A stretch of 64,000 bases of DNA, taken from positions 17,404 through 81,403 of IMG/VR virus record IMGVR_UViG_3300032293_001310; one strand, written 5' to 3'. Of this stretch, positions 50,193 through 59,135 are shown in pieces. The DNA comes from a virus. The notes below the pieces were generated by a model. That model was not told where the DNA came from. It worked only from the letters and a program-made list of their open reading frames with translations, and did not search any database. The translations under genes and the position numbers were made by a program. Position 1 is the first letter of the stretch. The number at the start of each line of letters is the position of its first letter.

Positions 50193-52709
50193 ATGTATCA
50201 AGCCGTATTCTATGATCGCAAGGCCAACTTTGTGCACGTTTGGGATGACCAAAATGGTTATGCCAGAGTGAAGTATGTGCCATATGCGTATAAAAAGAAG
50301 AAGGGTGGAAAATATAAGTCTATTTATGGTCAAGAACTTGAGCGAGTTGAGAAGTTCAATCCGCGAGATTCTTCACTGCTTGAGTCGGATGTTCCTGTTG
50401 AAACTCGTTTTCTGATAGATGTTTATGGAAGCAGCGACGACGCATCTACCAATCATCGTCTTGCGGTGCTTGACATTGAAGTGGATTCTACTGGCGGATA
50501 TCCTAATGTAGAGAATCCTGTGCAGAAGATTACTGCTATTGCGTTGTGCGATGTAGCAAATAACAAATACTATTGCTTTGTTCTTGATGAAGATGGTGTT
50601 GTAAAAGATGGTGTAATGCACGGTGCAGAAGTAACTGCGTATCTGCATGAACAAGATTTGCTCAAGGCATTCTTGACCAAGTGGAGAGAAGTCAATCCTA
50701 CTATTGCTACTGGATGGAATATTGACGGCTTTGACTTTCCGTATCTTCACGCTCGACTGCTAAAGGTGTTTGATGAAGAAACTGCTGGACAGTTGTCTCC
50801 CATCGGAGTTTGCTATTTCAACAAGTTCAAGAACAAGATGACTATTGCCGGTGTGAATACGCTGGACTATATCTTGCTGTATAAGAAATATAGCCAGAAG
50901 AACTTGCCAAACTATCGTCTGGATACGGTTGCTAAGGAGGAACTTGGTGTTGGTAAGGTTGATTATGATGGTTCTCTTGACAACTTGAAGAAGACAGACA
51001 TCAACAAGTTTATTGAGTATAACTTGCACGATATTGTGCTTGTTCGCAAGATGAATGACAAGTTGCAGTTCATCGACCTTGCCCAGAGCATCTGCCACGT
51101 TTGTCATACGGGTTATGAAGAATTCAGCATTTCCAGCAAGATTCTTGAAGGTGCGTTGCTTACATATCTTCGCCGCAAGAAACTTGTTGCTCCAAACAAG
51201 CCGCAACAGAAAGATGACGAAGACTCAGTTGGAGATGACGACGATGATAGTGAAGAAGGATTTGTTGGTGCGTATGTAAAAGATCCTGTACCTGGTCGTT
51301 ATGATTGGGTATGTTCTGCTGACATCAATTCGCTGTATCCCAGCGTGATTATGAGCATCAACATCTCTCCCGAGACCAAGATGGCAGTAATCAATAACTG
51401 GAGTGCGGAGAAGTTTGCCAAGCAGACAGAAGATGTTGTTGATTTTGCCGACGACAAATATACATACAAGCAACTCAATACGTTCTTTGCGGAAAACAAT
51501 CTGTCTGTAAGTGCCAACGGCGTGGTATATGACCAGAAGAAGATCGGTTGTATTCCAGACATTCTAAAGAAGTGGTTTGCTGAACGTGTAGAATACAAGA
51601 ACAAGATGAAAGAAGCGTCTGATAGTGGAGACAAGGCTGCTACTGCATTCTGGAAGCGTCGTCAGCAAGTGCAGAAGATTCTGCTCAACTCGCTGTATGG
51701 TGTTCTTGGTCTGCCGATTTTCAGGTTCTATGATCTTGATAATGCCTCCGCTGTTACACTTACTGGTCAGGAAATCATCAAGACCAGTGCCAAGTTTGTA
51801 AATGCTCGCTTCAACAAACGCTGCGATACAAAAGACAAGGACTATGTAATCTATATTGATACTGACTCGCTATATCTTGACATCAACTCTCTTGCCAAGC
51901 ACGAGAAGATAATAGATATCAAGCCATATGCCATCAATACCATCAACGAAGTTGCTGACGGCTTGAATGACTTTTACAAGGTAATGATGGTAAAGATGTT
52001 CAATAGCACAGACAATCGCATCAAGATTGCTCCCGACGTTGTTGCTCAAGCCGCATTCTGGATAGTCAAGAAGCGTTATGCAATGCTCAAGGTGTATAAT
52101 ATGGAACTGGGCAAGGACACCAACGACATTGAAATCAAGGGTCTGGACGTTGTGCGTTCAAGTTATCCCAAGAAGTTCAGAGATTTTATGAGTTCGGTTC
52201 TGGAAGACATATTGCGTGGCACAGACAAGAAGCAACTGGATAAGAAGATTCTGGACTTCAAGTCGTCCATGAAGTCGTTCAACCTTGAAGACATTGCCAA
52301 GAATACTTCTGTTCGTTTCATCGCCAATACCGACGCCAAGACAGATTTCAACCCCAAGGACAGAGAACTATTTCACTTCGTTGATGGTTCTACTGCTCAG
52401 TGTAAGGCTGCGCTCGCATATAACGATATGCTAAAGAGATACAATCTTACAGAAACAGAACCCATTATGAGTGGCGGAAAAATCAAATGGGCATATGTAA
52501 AAAGCAATCCATTTGGCTTGGATGGACTTGCGTTCAAGGATGATGGTAAAGACCCCAAGATTGTTATGGACTTTATCAATCAGTATATTGACCGTAACCG
52601 CATCTGGGATGCTGAGTTAGAAAAGAAACTCAAGCACTTCTATGAAGCACTAAACTGGACATTATACAGCGAAGATGAAGAAGCAATCAGCGAGTTCTTT
52701 GCTTTTTGA
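50193..52709 (+). CDS. Family B DNA polymerase (T4 gp43-like)
   Basis: Exo DIE, GWNIDGFD, YNLHD; pol DINSLYPS, KILLNSLYG, YIDTDS, KKRY. Confidence 0.96.
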   Translation: MYQAVFYDRKANFVHVWDDQNGYARVKYVPYAYKKKKGGKYKSIYGQELERVEKFNPRDSSLLESDVPVETRFLIDVYGSSDDASTNHRLAVLDIEVDSTGGYPNVENPVQKITAIALCDVANNKYYCFVLDEDGVVKDGVMHGAEVTAYLHEQDLLKAFLTKWREVNPTIATGWNIDGFDFPYLHARLLKVFDEETAGQLSPIGVCYFNKFKNKMTIAGVNTLDYILLYKKYSQKNLPNYRLDTVAKEELGVGKVDYDGSLDNLKKTDINKFIEYNLHDIVLVRKMNDKLQFIDLAQSICHVCHTGYEEFSISSKILEGALLTYLRRKKLVAPNKPQQKDDEDSVGDDDDDSEEGFVGAYVKDPVPGRYDWVCSADINSLYPSVIMSINISPETKMAVINNWSAEKFAKQTEDVVDFADDKYTYKQLNTFFAENNLSVSANGVVYDQKKIGCIPDILKKWFAERVEYKNKMKEASDSGDKAATAFWKRRQQVQKILLNSLYGVLGLPIFRFYDLDNASAVTLTGQEIIKTSAKFVNARFNKRCDTKDKDYVIYIDTDSLYLDINSLAKHEKIIDIKPYAINTINEVADGLNDFYKVMMVKMFNSTDNRIKIAPDVVAQAAFWIVKKRYAMLKVYNMELGKDTNDIEIKGLDVVRSSYPKKFRDFMSSVLEDILRGTDKKQLDKKILDFKSSMKSFNLEDIAKNTSVRFIANTDAKTDFNPKDRELFHFVDGSTAQCKAALAYNDMLKRYNLTETEPIMSGGKIKWAYVKSNPFGLDGLAFKDDGKDPKIVMDFINQYIDRNRIWDAELEKKLKHFYEALNWTLYSEDEEAISEFFAF

Positions 52710-52754
52710 CATTGACAAACCATACATTTTATACATCATATAAACACTACTACT

Positions 52755-53483
52755 ATGAATAAATCAGAACTAAACAAGTTCATTGACCTTTACAATCTAA
52801 ACGGAACTATCGAGTCCGTGAAGATTGTATCTGACGGAAGTGTCATCAAGACGAACTTCGTATCCGAGGATCGTACTCTTGCGGGCATTGTTTCCTTTTC
52901 TAATGTCAAGATTGACAACGGCGAGTATGGCATTCACGATACTGCTCAAGTCAAGAAGATGATTGGCGTGCTGGACGAAACTATTGAAATCGCCGTGAAT
53001 AAGATTGATGACCGACCCATCAGTTGGTCTGTGTCTGATGGCTCTACTGACTCCACGGTATTGCTGGCGGACCTGTCCATCATTCCTTCCGCACCCAAGG
53101 TCAAGGAAATCAAGTCATATGACGTTGAGATTCCTATGGATGATATTTTCATTGAGAAGTATATCAAAGCCAAGAATGCTCTACCGGAAGTTGAAACATT
53201 CACTCTTCTTATGAACAAGAAGAACAAGATGGAACTGGTGATCGGATATAGCAATATCAATACCAGCCGAATCAAGTTGGATGTGTCGCCGATTGCTGGT
53301 AAGGATACGTTGGACAAGCCCATCAGTTTCAATGCCAACTATTTCAAGGAGATCATCAGCAAGAGTCGCGGTCTTGGTGGAGTCATCTTCAAGGTCGCCG
53401 CTGCTGGTATTTCCAACATATCATTCAAGAACAAGGACTTTGAAGCGTCCTATTTCCTCATCAAGAAGGAGATTGACAACTAA
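52755..53483 (+). CDS. Sliding clamp (T4 gp45/PCNA-like)
   Basis: 242 aa between PolB and the clamp loader; YGIHD, ISFNANYF. Confidence 0.7.
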   Translation: MNKSELNKFIDLYNLNGTIESVKIVSDGSVIKTNFVSEDRTLAGIVSFSNVKIDNGEYGIHDTAQVKKMIGVLDETIEIAVNKIDDRPISWSVSDGSTDSTVLLADLSIIPSAPKVKEIKSYDVEIPMDDIFIEKYIKAKNALPEVETFTLLMNKKNKMELVIGYSNINTSRIKLDVSPIAGKDTLDKPISFNANYFKEIISKSRGLGGVIFKVAAAGISNISFKNKDFEASYFLIKKEIDN

Positions 53484-53484
53484 A

Positions 53485-54438
53485 ATGAACTTTCTTGAAG
53501 AGACCGAAAATACAAACACCAACATCGAGCATTCACTTTGGTGCGAAAAGTATCGCCCCACAAGTTTATCTGATTATGTTGGCAACGACGTTCTGAAGGA
53601 AAAGGTAAAGCAATATATCAACGAAAATGACATACCACATCTACTCTTATATGGTGGCGCTGGAACTGGCAAAACTACTCTTGCGAAACTTATCACGAAG
53701 AGCATCAAGTGTGATGTACTCTACATCAATGCTTCGGATGATAACGGTATTGATACGATTCGTGTAAAGATCAAGAACTTTGCTTCTACCATTGGCTTCA
53801 ATGGCTTGAAGGTCATTATTCTTGACGAGGCTGACTATTTGACCGCTGCCGGTCAGGCAGGTCTGCGTAATACGATGGAGACATATAGTATGAACACTCG
53901 CTTCATACTTACTTGTAACTATCACGAACGCATCACCGAGCCTATTCAGTCACGTTGTCAATCTTATGCCATTCATCCTCCCACCAAGAAGGATGTTGCC
54001 GCCAATCTTGTAAAGATTCTACAAAAGGAAAATGTCAAGTTTGATAAGGAGAGTGTTGTATTGCTCGTCAATAGTCATTATCCAGACATTCGTGCCATTA
54101 TCAATACCGCACAGCGTGGAGTAATCAATTCTGAACTCAAACTTGCCAAAGAAGATGTATTGCAGGGTGATATCAAGTCCAAACTGATTGATATGCTCAA
54201 GAATACAAACAAGAAACAGGCATTCACAGACATTCGCCAACTTGTAGCAGATAACAGTCTAAAGAATTTCAGCGACCTTTATACAGAGATGTATGAAAAG
54301 GTAGATGTATATGCCAGCAATGTTCAAGGTGAAGTTATTCTTGCTCTTGCAGAAGGTCAATATCAAGAAGCATCTGTGGCAGATAGAGAAATATGCTTTA
54401 TGGCAACTATTTATAAGGTACTAACAATCACCAAATAA
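53485..54438 (+). CDS. Clamp loader ATPase subunit (gp44/RFC small subunit-like)
   Basis: WCEKYRP, GGAGTGKT, NASD, ILDEAD, PIQSRC; ATG at 53485. Confidence 0.93.
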   Translation: MNFLEETENTNTNIEHSLWCEKYRPTSLSDYVGNDVLKEKVKQYINENDIPHLLLYGGAGTGKTTLAKLITKSIKCDVLYINASDDNGIDTIRVKIKNFASTIGFNGLKVIILDEADYLTAAGQAGLRNTMETYSMNTRFILTCNYHERITEPIQSRCQSYAIHPPTKKDVAANLVKILQKENVKFDKESVVLLVNSHYPDIRAIINTAQRGVINSELKLAKEDVLQGDIKSKLIDMLKNTNKKQAFTDIRQLVADNSLKNFSDLYTEMYEKVDVYASNVQGEVILALAEGQYQEASVADREICFMATIYKVLTITK

Positions 54439-54439
54439 T

Positions 54440-54613
54440 ATGAAGTTAGCCGACAATCCCAAACTCGAAGCAAGGATCCAGTCACGCATCAAAGTGTGGA
54501 AAAATACACCACAGGGCGAAGACTTGCATGAATCTTTGGGGTTGTCGCTCGAAGAATATGCTTTGTTCGTTATAAAGAACGAAGTGCCAGACAACTATAA
54601 ACTACCAGAATAA
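54440..54613 (+). CDS. Small hypothetical protein (57 aa, MKLADNPKLE...)
   Basis: Fills the gap exactly between the flanking genes; below the ORF-track cutoff. Confidence 0.6.
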   Translation: MKLADNPKLEARIQSRIKVWKNTPQGEDLHESLGLSLEEYALFVIKNEVPDNYKLPE

Positions 54614-54614
54614 T

Positions 54615-55016
54615 ATGTATACCGCTGTTGTATTAGACGAAAAATCGCATCTAAAGTTAGTCAAATGGGCAGATGACAATATCAAGCTAAATGGCGTTAG
54701 ATTGCCTATTCTTGTGCGTGATAATGGCTGGGAAATGTTTTGCCATCATATGACCATAAGTATGGGTAATGCTCCTGAGTTTATAAAACAATATCTTGGC
54801 AGCAAGCAAAAACTTGATATTACTCATTATGGTATCAGTGACAAGGCTATTGCGGTAAGAGTAGTTGGTTTTTATAGCAAGAATACTATACCGCATATTA
54901 CGGTTGCAGTAAATAGGCGAGATGGCGGCGAGCCTATAGATAGCAACAAAATAACAAACTGGACGCCAGTTGATGGGTTAGTTACACTAAGTGGCGAAGT
55001 AAAAGAGGTATCATGA
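54615..55016 (+). CDS. 2H phosphoesterase (tRNA-ligase CPDase-like)
   Basis: Two H-x-T motifs: HMTI and HITVA. Confidence 0.75.
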   Translation: MYTAVVLDEKSHLKLVKWADDNIKLNGVRLPILVRDNGWEMFCHHMTISMGNAPEFIKQYLGSKQKLDITHYGISDKAIAVRVVGFYSKNTIPHITVAVNRRDGGEPIDSNKITNWTPVDGLVTLSGEVKEVS

Positions 55017-55231
55017 AAATAACAGACGCTGTATTTTTTACAGACAATAAGGTTGTTAGATTAGAAGCAGGCGAAAAAAAGTATTATCTCACTGACAATG
55101 GTAAGATATACGATATGCATCCTGTAAATGTGATGGCAGAAGAAATCAAAGGTGATGAACTAAAGAAAGTTAAAGAACTCGCAAAACGAGGTGGGTATAA
55201 CAATGATAGTGAAGTAAAGAAGTGGCTTTAA
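55013..55231 (+). CDS. Hypothetical protein
   Basis: ATGA overlap; 72 aa. Confidence 0.6.
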   Translation: MKITDAVFFTDNKVVRLEAGEKKYYLTDNGKIYDMHPVNVMAEEIKGDELKKVKELAKRGGYNNDSEVKKWL

Positions 55232-55236
55232 TAAAA

Positions 55237-55266
55237 AAGTCCACCGATTTGGTGGGCTTTTGTTTT
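55237..55266 (+). terminator. Intrinsic terminator
   Basis: AAGTCCACC/GGTGGGCTT stem with T-tract. Confidence 0.75.
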
Positions 55267-55317
55267 ATACCAATTCTTATATGTTGACCAAATGACTGTA
55301 TATGATACATTTATTGG

Positions 55318-56310
55318 ATGAAAAATACAACAAATATTAAAATATTTAATGGGGATTGTATAGATTCTGCGAAAAGAATACCGGACTGTTCTGTGGATTT
55401 GGGTATATATGATCCACCGTTTGGGCTGGGAGAATCGGAGTTTGATAAACATTATAAACGAGACACGGCGAACGTGATAGACGGTTACACAGAAGCACCG
55501 GAAGATTACGACTCTTGGACCGAAAAATGGATGACAGAGGCTAAACGGGTAATGAAACCAAATGGATCCATGTATGTTATTATGGGACATACCAATTTGC
55601 GCTCGGTTTTAAATGCCGCAAATAAAATAGGTTTACATGAAATTAATCACATGGTGTGGAAATATAATTTTGGAGTTTACACGAAGAAAAAATACGTAAC
55701 TTCTCACTATCATGTTCTATATTATTCAAACATAGGTAGCACAGTGAAGGTTACATTTAATCCAAATTGTAGGTTTGGTTCTCAGGAAAAAGACGATAAC
55801 GGTGGATCTTTATTGTATAAAGATTTGGAAGACGTATTTGTTATCAATAAGGAGTTTGCTCCAAGCGAGAAAAAAAATCAAAATAAGTTGCCAAACGAAT
55901 TGATTAAAAAGTTGATACTATATTCTTCAAACGAGGGTGATATGGTGTGTGATTTTTTTATGGGAAATTTTACCACGGCATACTGCTCTATTATGTTAGG
56001 AAGAAATGTATGTGGATATGAAATAAATAAAAATTCATTCGATTATCATATTGATAAAATTCATGCGCTTGAATTTGGGTCTGGTCTAAAAGATCTTAGA
56101 CCTGTCAACAATATCGTTCCATTGAATCAGGGAAAACCAATTAGCGAAAATGAAGAAAATGAAATATACGAATATTATTGCAACGAATTAAAGAAAAAAA
56201 AGAAAAAGAAAGTTATAAGCGAGGAATTGCAGCAAAAATTTCAGCGCGGAAAATTTTCAATAAAAAATATTTTAGACAAAATGATAGAAAAAAATAAAAT
56301 GAATGAATAA
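55318..56310 (+). CDS. N4-cytosine/N6-adenine DNA methyltransferase (beta class)
   Basis: DPPF catalytic motif precedes the SAM-binding DFFMGNFTT; GDC, GYEIN. Confidence 0.9.
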   Translation: MKNTTNIKIFNGDCIDSAKRIPDCSVDLGIYDPPFGLGESEFDKHYKRDTANVIDGYTEAPEDYDSWTEKWMTEAKRVMKPNGSMYVIMGHTNLRSVLNAANKIGLHEINHMVWKYNFGVYTKKKYVTSHYHVLYYSNIGSTVKVTFNPNCRFGSQEKDDNGGSLLYKDLEDVFVINKEFAPSEKKNQNKLPNELIKKLILYSSNEGDMVCDFFMGNFTTAYCSIMLGRNVCGYEINKNSFDYHIDKIHALEFGSGLKDLRPVNNIVPLNQGKPISENEENEIYEYYCNELKKKKKKKVISEELQQKFQRGKFSIKNILDKMIEKNKMNE

Positions 56311-57097
56311 TTCTAAAAGTTACATAGATTATTTTTATCATCTGGATACTACCGACGCAAGTGTTTCGCCATCTGCTATTATAGCAGATCGAATGCTGAA
56401 TGACGTTGGTATTGATATATCAAAGTGTCCTATATATTTTTTTAAAAAAAATGAAAATGCGTTTCTTGAATGTTACATGGAAACTACACTCAAAGTTCCT
56501 CCTGTTGCAGACTGCTGCGATTACAGATTTAGTATTAGCGCAATTTTTTGCGAAGCACTTGCAAAAAAATTCCCAGAAATAAAAGTTAAATTTTCTAAAG
56601 GCTATGACCTTATTCTTACACTTGACGGAGTTGAATATAAAATATCAGTAAAAATTGCTAAAGACCCGTTTGAAAGAAAAAATTACAATAAAAAAAATAA
56701 AACCACAACACCAAAACCGATAATATTAAAAAATGCGCTTGGAAAAGATGTAAGTATAGAAGATTTTCTTGACTTCGACTATACTATAGTAATAGGTCGA
56801 GGAAACTTTAGACATAAATATACTAATATTGCGTTTGGTATTTTTGACAAGAATGTTTATCTCGATAGAAAAGACCAATTAATAACGAAAGGAGATCAAC
56901 TCAAGTTGTTTCTAAAAAATGATCAGTATAATTTTATTTCTAAGATGGTTGAAATTTTATCTCCGCCAAAAAGTTACTGGAATGAGTGTGATACGAGATT
57001 TCTCAATGCCAATTCCAAGTTTATAAATGAAATAATCGAGTCTTCAGATCAAACTACACAAGAATACTGCGAAAAATTAAAGAAAAATATATATTAA
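56303..57097 (+). CDS. Putative type II restriction endonuclease (PD-(D/E)xK-like)
   Basis: Overlaps the MTase stop; GYDLIL...KISVK catalytic-like motif. Confidence 0.5.
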   Translation: MNNSKSYIDYFYHLDTTDASVSPSAIIADRMLNDVGIDISKCPIYFFKKNENAFLECYMETTLKVPPVADCCDYRFSISAIFCEALAKKFPEIKVKFSKGYDLILTLDGVEYKISVKIAKDPFERKNYNKKNKTTTPKPIILKNALGKDVSIEDFLDFDYTIVIGRGNFRHKYTNIAFGIFDKNVYLDRKDQLITKGDQLKLFLKNDQYNFISKMVEILSPPKSYWNECDTRFLNANSKFINEIIESSDQTTQEYCEKLKKNIY

Positions 57098-57319
57098 ACA
57101 AGAACAAAAATATAACATACATAGATACTCTAAATATTATCTAAGATTAATTTATTTATTTGTTTAAAATCTGGATTCCAACCACCGTCGCTGTGAAAAA
57201 TTACTTTGGTTTTAAATGGATTCCATTCGGATTCGTATCTTCTGTCATATTCTATAAATAAAATTGGTATCAACAAAATGGTTTGACAAAAGGTTATTAT
57301 AGTGTATGGTAATAGCATT

Positions 57320-58342
57320 ATGGACCGAAAACTGGCATCTATTCAACTTATCAAAGAACTGAACCCTATAACTGGAGCAGATGCTATTCTTTGTGCCAAA
57401 GTTCTTGGTTGGGAATGTGTTGTAAAAAAGAATGAATTTCGGCCCAATGACAAATGTGTGTATTTTGAGATTGACTCTGTACTTCCTATCGCAAGTTGGA
57501 ATGATCATTTGCGTAAAGAGCCAAATAAACCATTGAGAATCCGTAGCATAAGATTGAAAAATCAACTATCACAAGGATTGGCACTTCCACTTTCTATTCT
57601 ACCCCAAGGCGAATATGAAGTTGGGCAGGATGTTACATCGCTTGTTGGTGTTGAAAAATATGAACCTGTTGTGCCTGCTCATTTGAGCGGAATTGTCAAA
57701 GGAAACTTTCCATCTTTCTTACATAAGACAGATGAAGTTCGTCTGCAATCTGAACCAAATGTGCTTGTTGAAGCAAGCAATAAAGGATTGGTGCTTATTG
57801 GCACACTAAAGATGGATGGCACAAGTTTTACAGCATATCGTCGTGATGATGAGTTTGGTGTATGCTCTCGCAATCTCAACCTGAAAGAAACAGAAGATAA
57901 TGCTCATTGGAAGATGGCTCGCAAGCTCAAACTTGAAGAGATTCTTCGCAGTGAAGAACGTAATCTGTGTATTCAAGGTGAAATGGTTGGGCCGGGCATA
58001 CAAGCAAATCGTCTTGGGCTCAAAGAGATTGACCTATATCTTTTCAATCTATACGACATTGATAGTGGCAAATATCTCAACAGAGAAGATTTGATTAGTT
58101 TTGGCAAGAAACATAACATCAAGATTGTAGATACTGTACATAGTCTTCAACTTGGTAATGATTTTGTGCCTAATAGTGTTGATTATTTTTTGAGTATTGC
58201 CAATGAACTGAACTACTCCAACGGTACTCCCGCTGAAGGTATTGTTTGGCGTCCAAGCGTTGAAACATACAGCGATGTATTGAAGGGCCGTCTATCTTTT
58301 AAATGCATATCAAACCGCTTCTTGGAAAAATACAAAGAATGA
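57320..58342 (+). CDS. ATP-dependent RNA ligase, DRB0094/Rnl2 family
   Basis: RKLASIQ, YFEIDS, SQGL, KTDE.R.Q, motif I KMDGTS, QGEMVGPGIQ, EGIVWR, SFKCIS. Confidence 0.92.
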   Translation: MDRKLASIQLIKELNPITGADAILCAKVLGWECVVKKNEFRPNDKCVYFEIDSVLPIASWNDHLRKEPNKPLRIRSIRLKNQLSQGLALPLSILPQGEYEVGQDVTSLVGVEKYEPVVPAHLSGIVKGNFPSFLHKTDEVRLQSEPNVLVEASNKGLVLIGTLKMDGTSFTAYRRDDEFGVCSRNLNLKETEDNAHWKMARKLKLEEILRSEERNLCIQGEMVGPGIQANRLGLKEIDLYLFNLYDIDSGKYLNREDLISFGKKHNIKIVDTVHSLQLGNDFVPNSVDYFLSIANELNYSNGTPAEGIVWRPSVETYSDVLKGRLSFKCISNRFLEKYKE

Positions 58343-58554
58343 AAAACGCATACGCAGAACATCATTTCGCTGAAAATGAACGACTTGTTCATATTCCTAC
58401 GGGAAAAATGGCGACATATACAGGTACAAGAAAACAAGTAAAAGGCATACAGTTTGACTATATCAAGTTTGATGACGGCCAAACTTTCTTTTATTATCCG
58501 TATGAGATAACTGAAAGGTTTAGGCGGTTATACAATAATGAAAAAAGTACTTGA
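58339..58554 (+). CDS. Hypothetical protein
   Basis: ATGA overlap with the ligase stop. Confidence 0.6.
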   Translation: MKNAYAEHHFAENERLVHIPTGKMATYTGTRKQVKGIQFDYIKFDDGQTFFYYPYEITERFRRLYNNEKST

Positions 58555-58596
58555 CGTTTGATTATTTCTACTTCATAGTTATATTTATAGTAAGAA

Positions 58597-58713
58597 ATGA
58601 ATAGCACATCACATCTACAGTATAGCAATATAAGCTCCAATTGGGGTCGCTGCTTTATCGTACAACCATCCATTGGAGCCGCCGAAGGCGATACAAAGGA
58701 GGGTGTGGCTTAA
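58597..58713 (+). CDS. Putative 38-aa leader peptide MNSTSHLQYSNISSNWGRCFIVQPSIGAAEGDTKEGVA
   Basis: ATG 7 nt after a TATTTATA box; contains all 20 amino acids; stop overlaps the antiterminator strand. Confidence 0.6.
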   Translation: MNSTSHLQYSNISSNWGRCFIVQPSIGAAEGDTKEGVA

Positions 58714-58776
58714 AGGAGAAAAGTAAATTTTCCAACCTATAAAGCCCCACCCCTAAAAAAGGTGGGGTTTTTATTT
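58698..58776 (+). promoter_or_regulatory. Terminator/antiterminator (attenuator) switch
   Basis: Terminator GCCCCACC(58744-51)/GGTGGGGT(58761-68) with T-tract; GGGTGTGGCTT(58701-11) pairs 10/11 with AAGCCCCACCC(58742-52). Confidence 0.65.
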
Positions 58777-58797
58777 GGAGAAAAATGAAAATAGTGT

Positions 58798-58845
58798 TTG
58801 ACAAAGTATAAAAAGTGTGTAGAGTGTTAGTCGTTCTTTAGAAAA
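58798..58845 (+). promoter_or_regulatory. Sigma70-like promoter followed by boxA-like antitermination element
   Basis: TTGACA-N16-TAGAGT then GTTCTTTAGAAAA, similar to rrn boxA. Confidence 0.6.
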
Positions 58846-58852
58846 ATCAATT

Positions 58853-59135
58853 TTGTTAGGGATAGAGGTAAAAGCGCACCTATTTAAGCGTTAAAATAGC
58901 CACCGGACTCATAATAGAGAGGACCGTTTTGTGGGAAGCAAATCAACAAGTTTAGGATAGGATAGTGACAGAGATAACTTGTTGTGAGCACGAAGTGAAT
59001 ATATTGTTCTTATAAATGAAAGAATATATCAATAAGATGGGTAATCAACCCCGTTGAGATATATTCTTTTAGTGTTCCGAGTTTTTACAAACCTCCACGC
59101 GGTTCGGAATGGGAAATACGTAGTATTACGTATTT
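58853..59135 (+). ncRNA. Unassigned structured RNA (~280 nt)
   Basis: No ORF; stems at 58944-52/58976-84, 59019-30/59058-69, 59075-80/59104-09 and 59114-22/59127-35. Confidence 0.5.

Noticed and set aside
52755-52790. MNKSELNKFI start of the sliding clamp as a packaging tag
   Set aside because: Early-promoter replication gene with no following cleavage linker; likely coincidence
57130-57318. 62-aa minus-strand ORF
   Set aside because: Overlaps the RNA ligase promoter and lacks a credible start; at most a gene remnant
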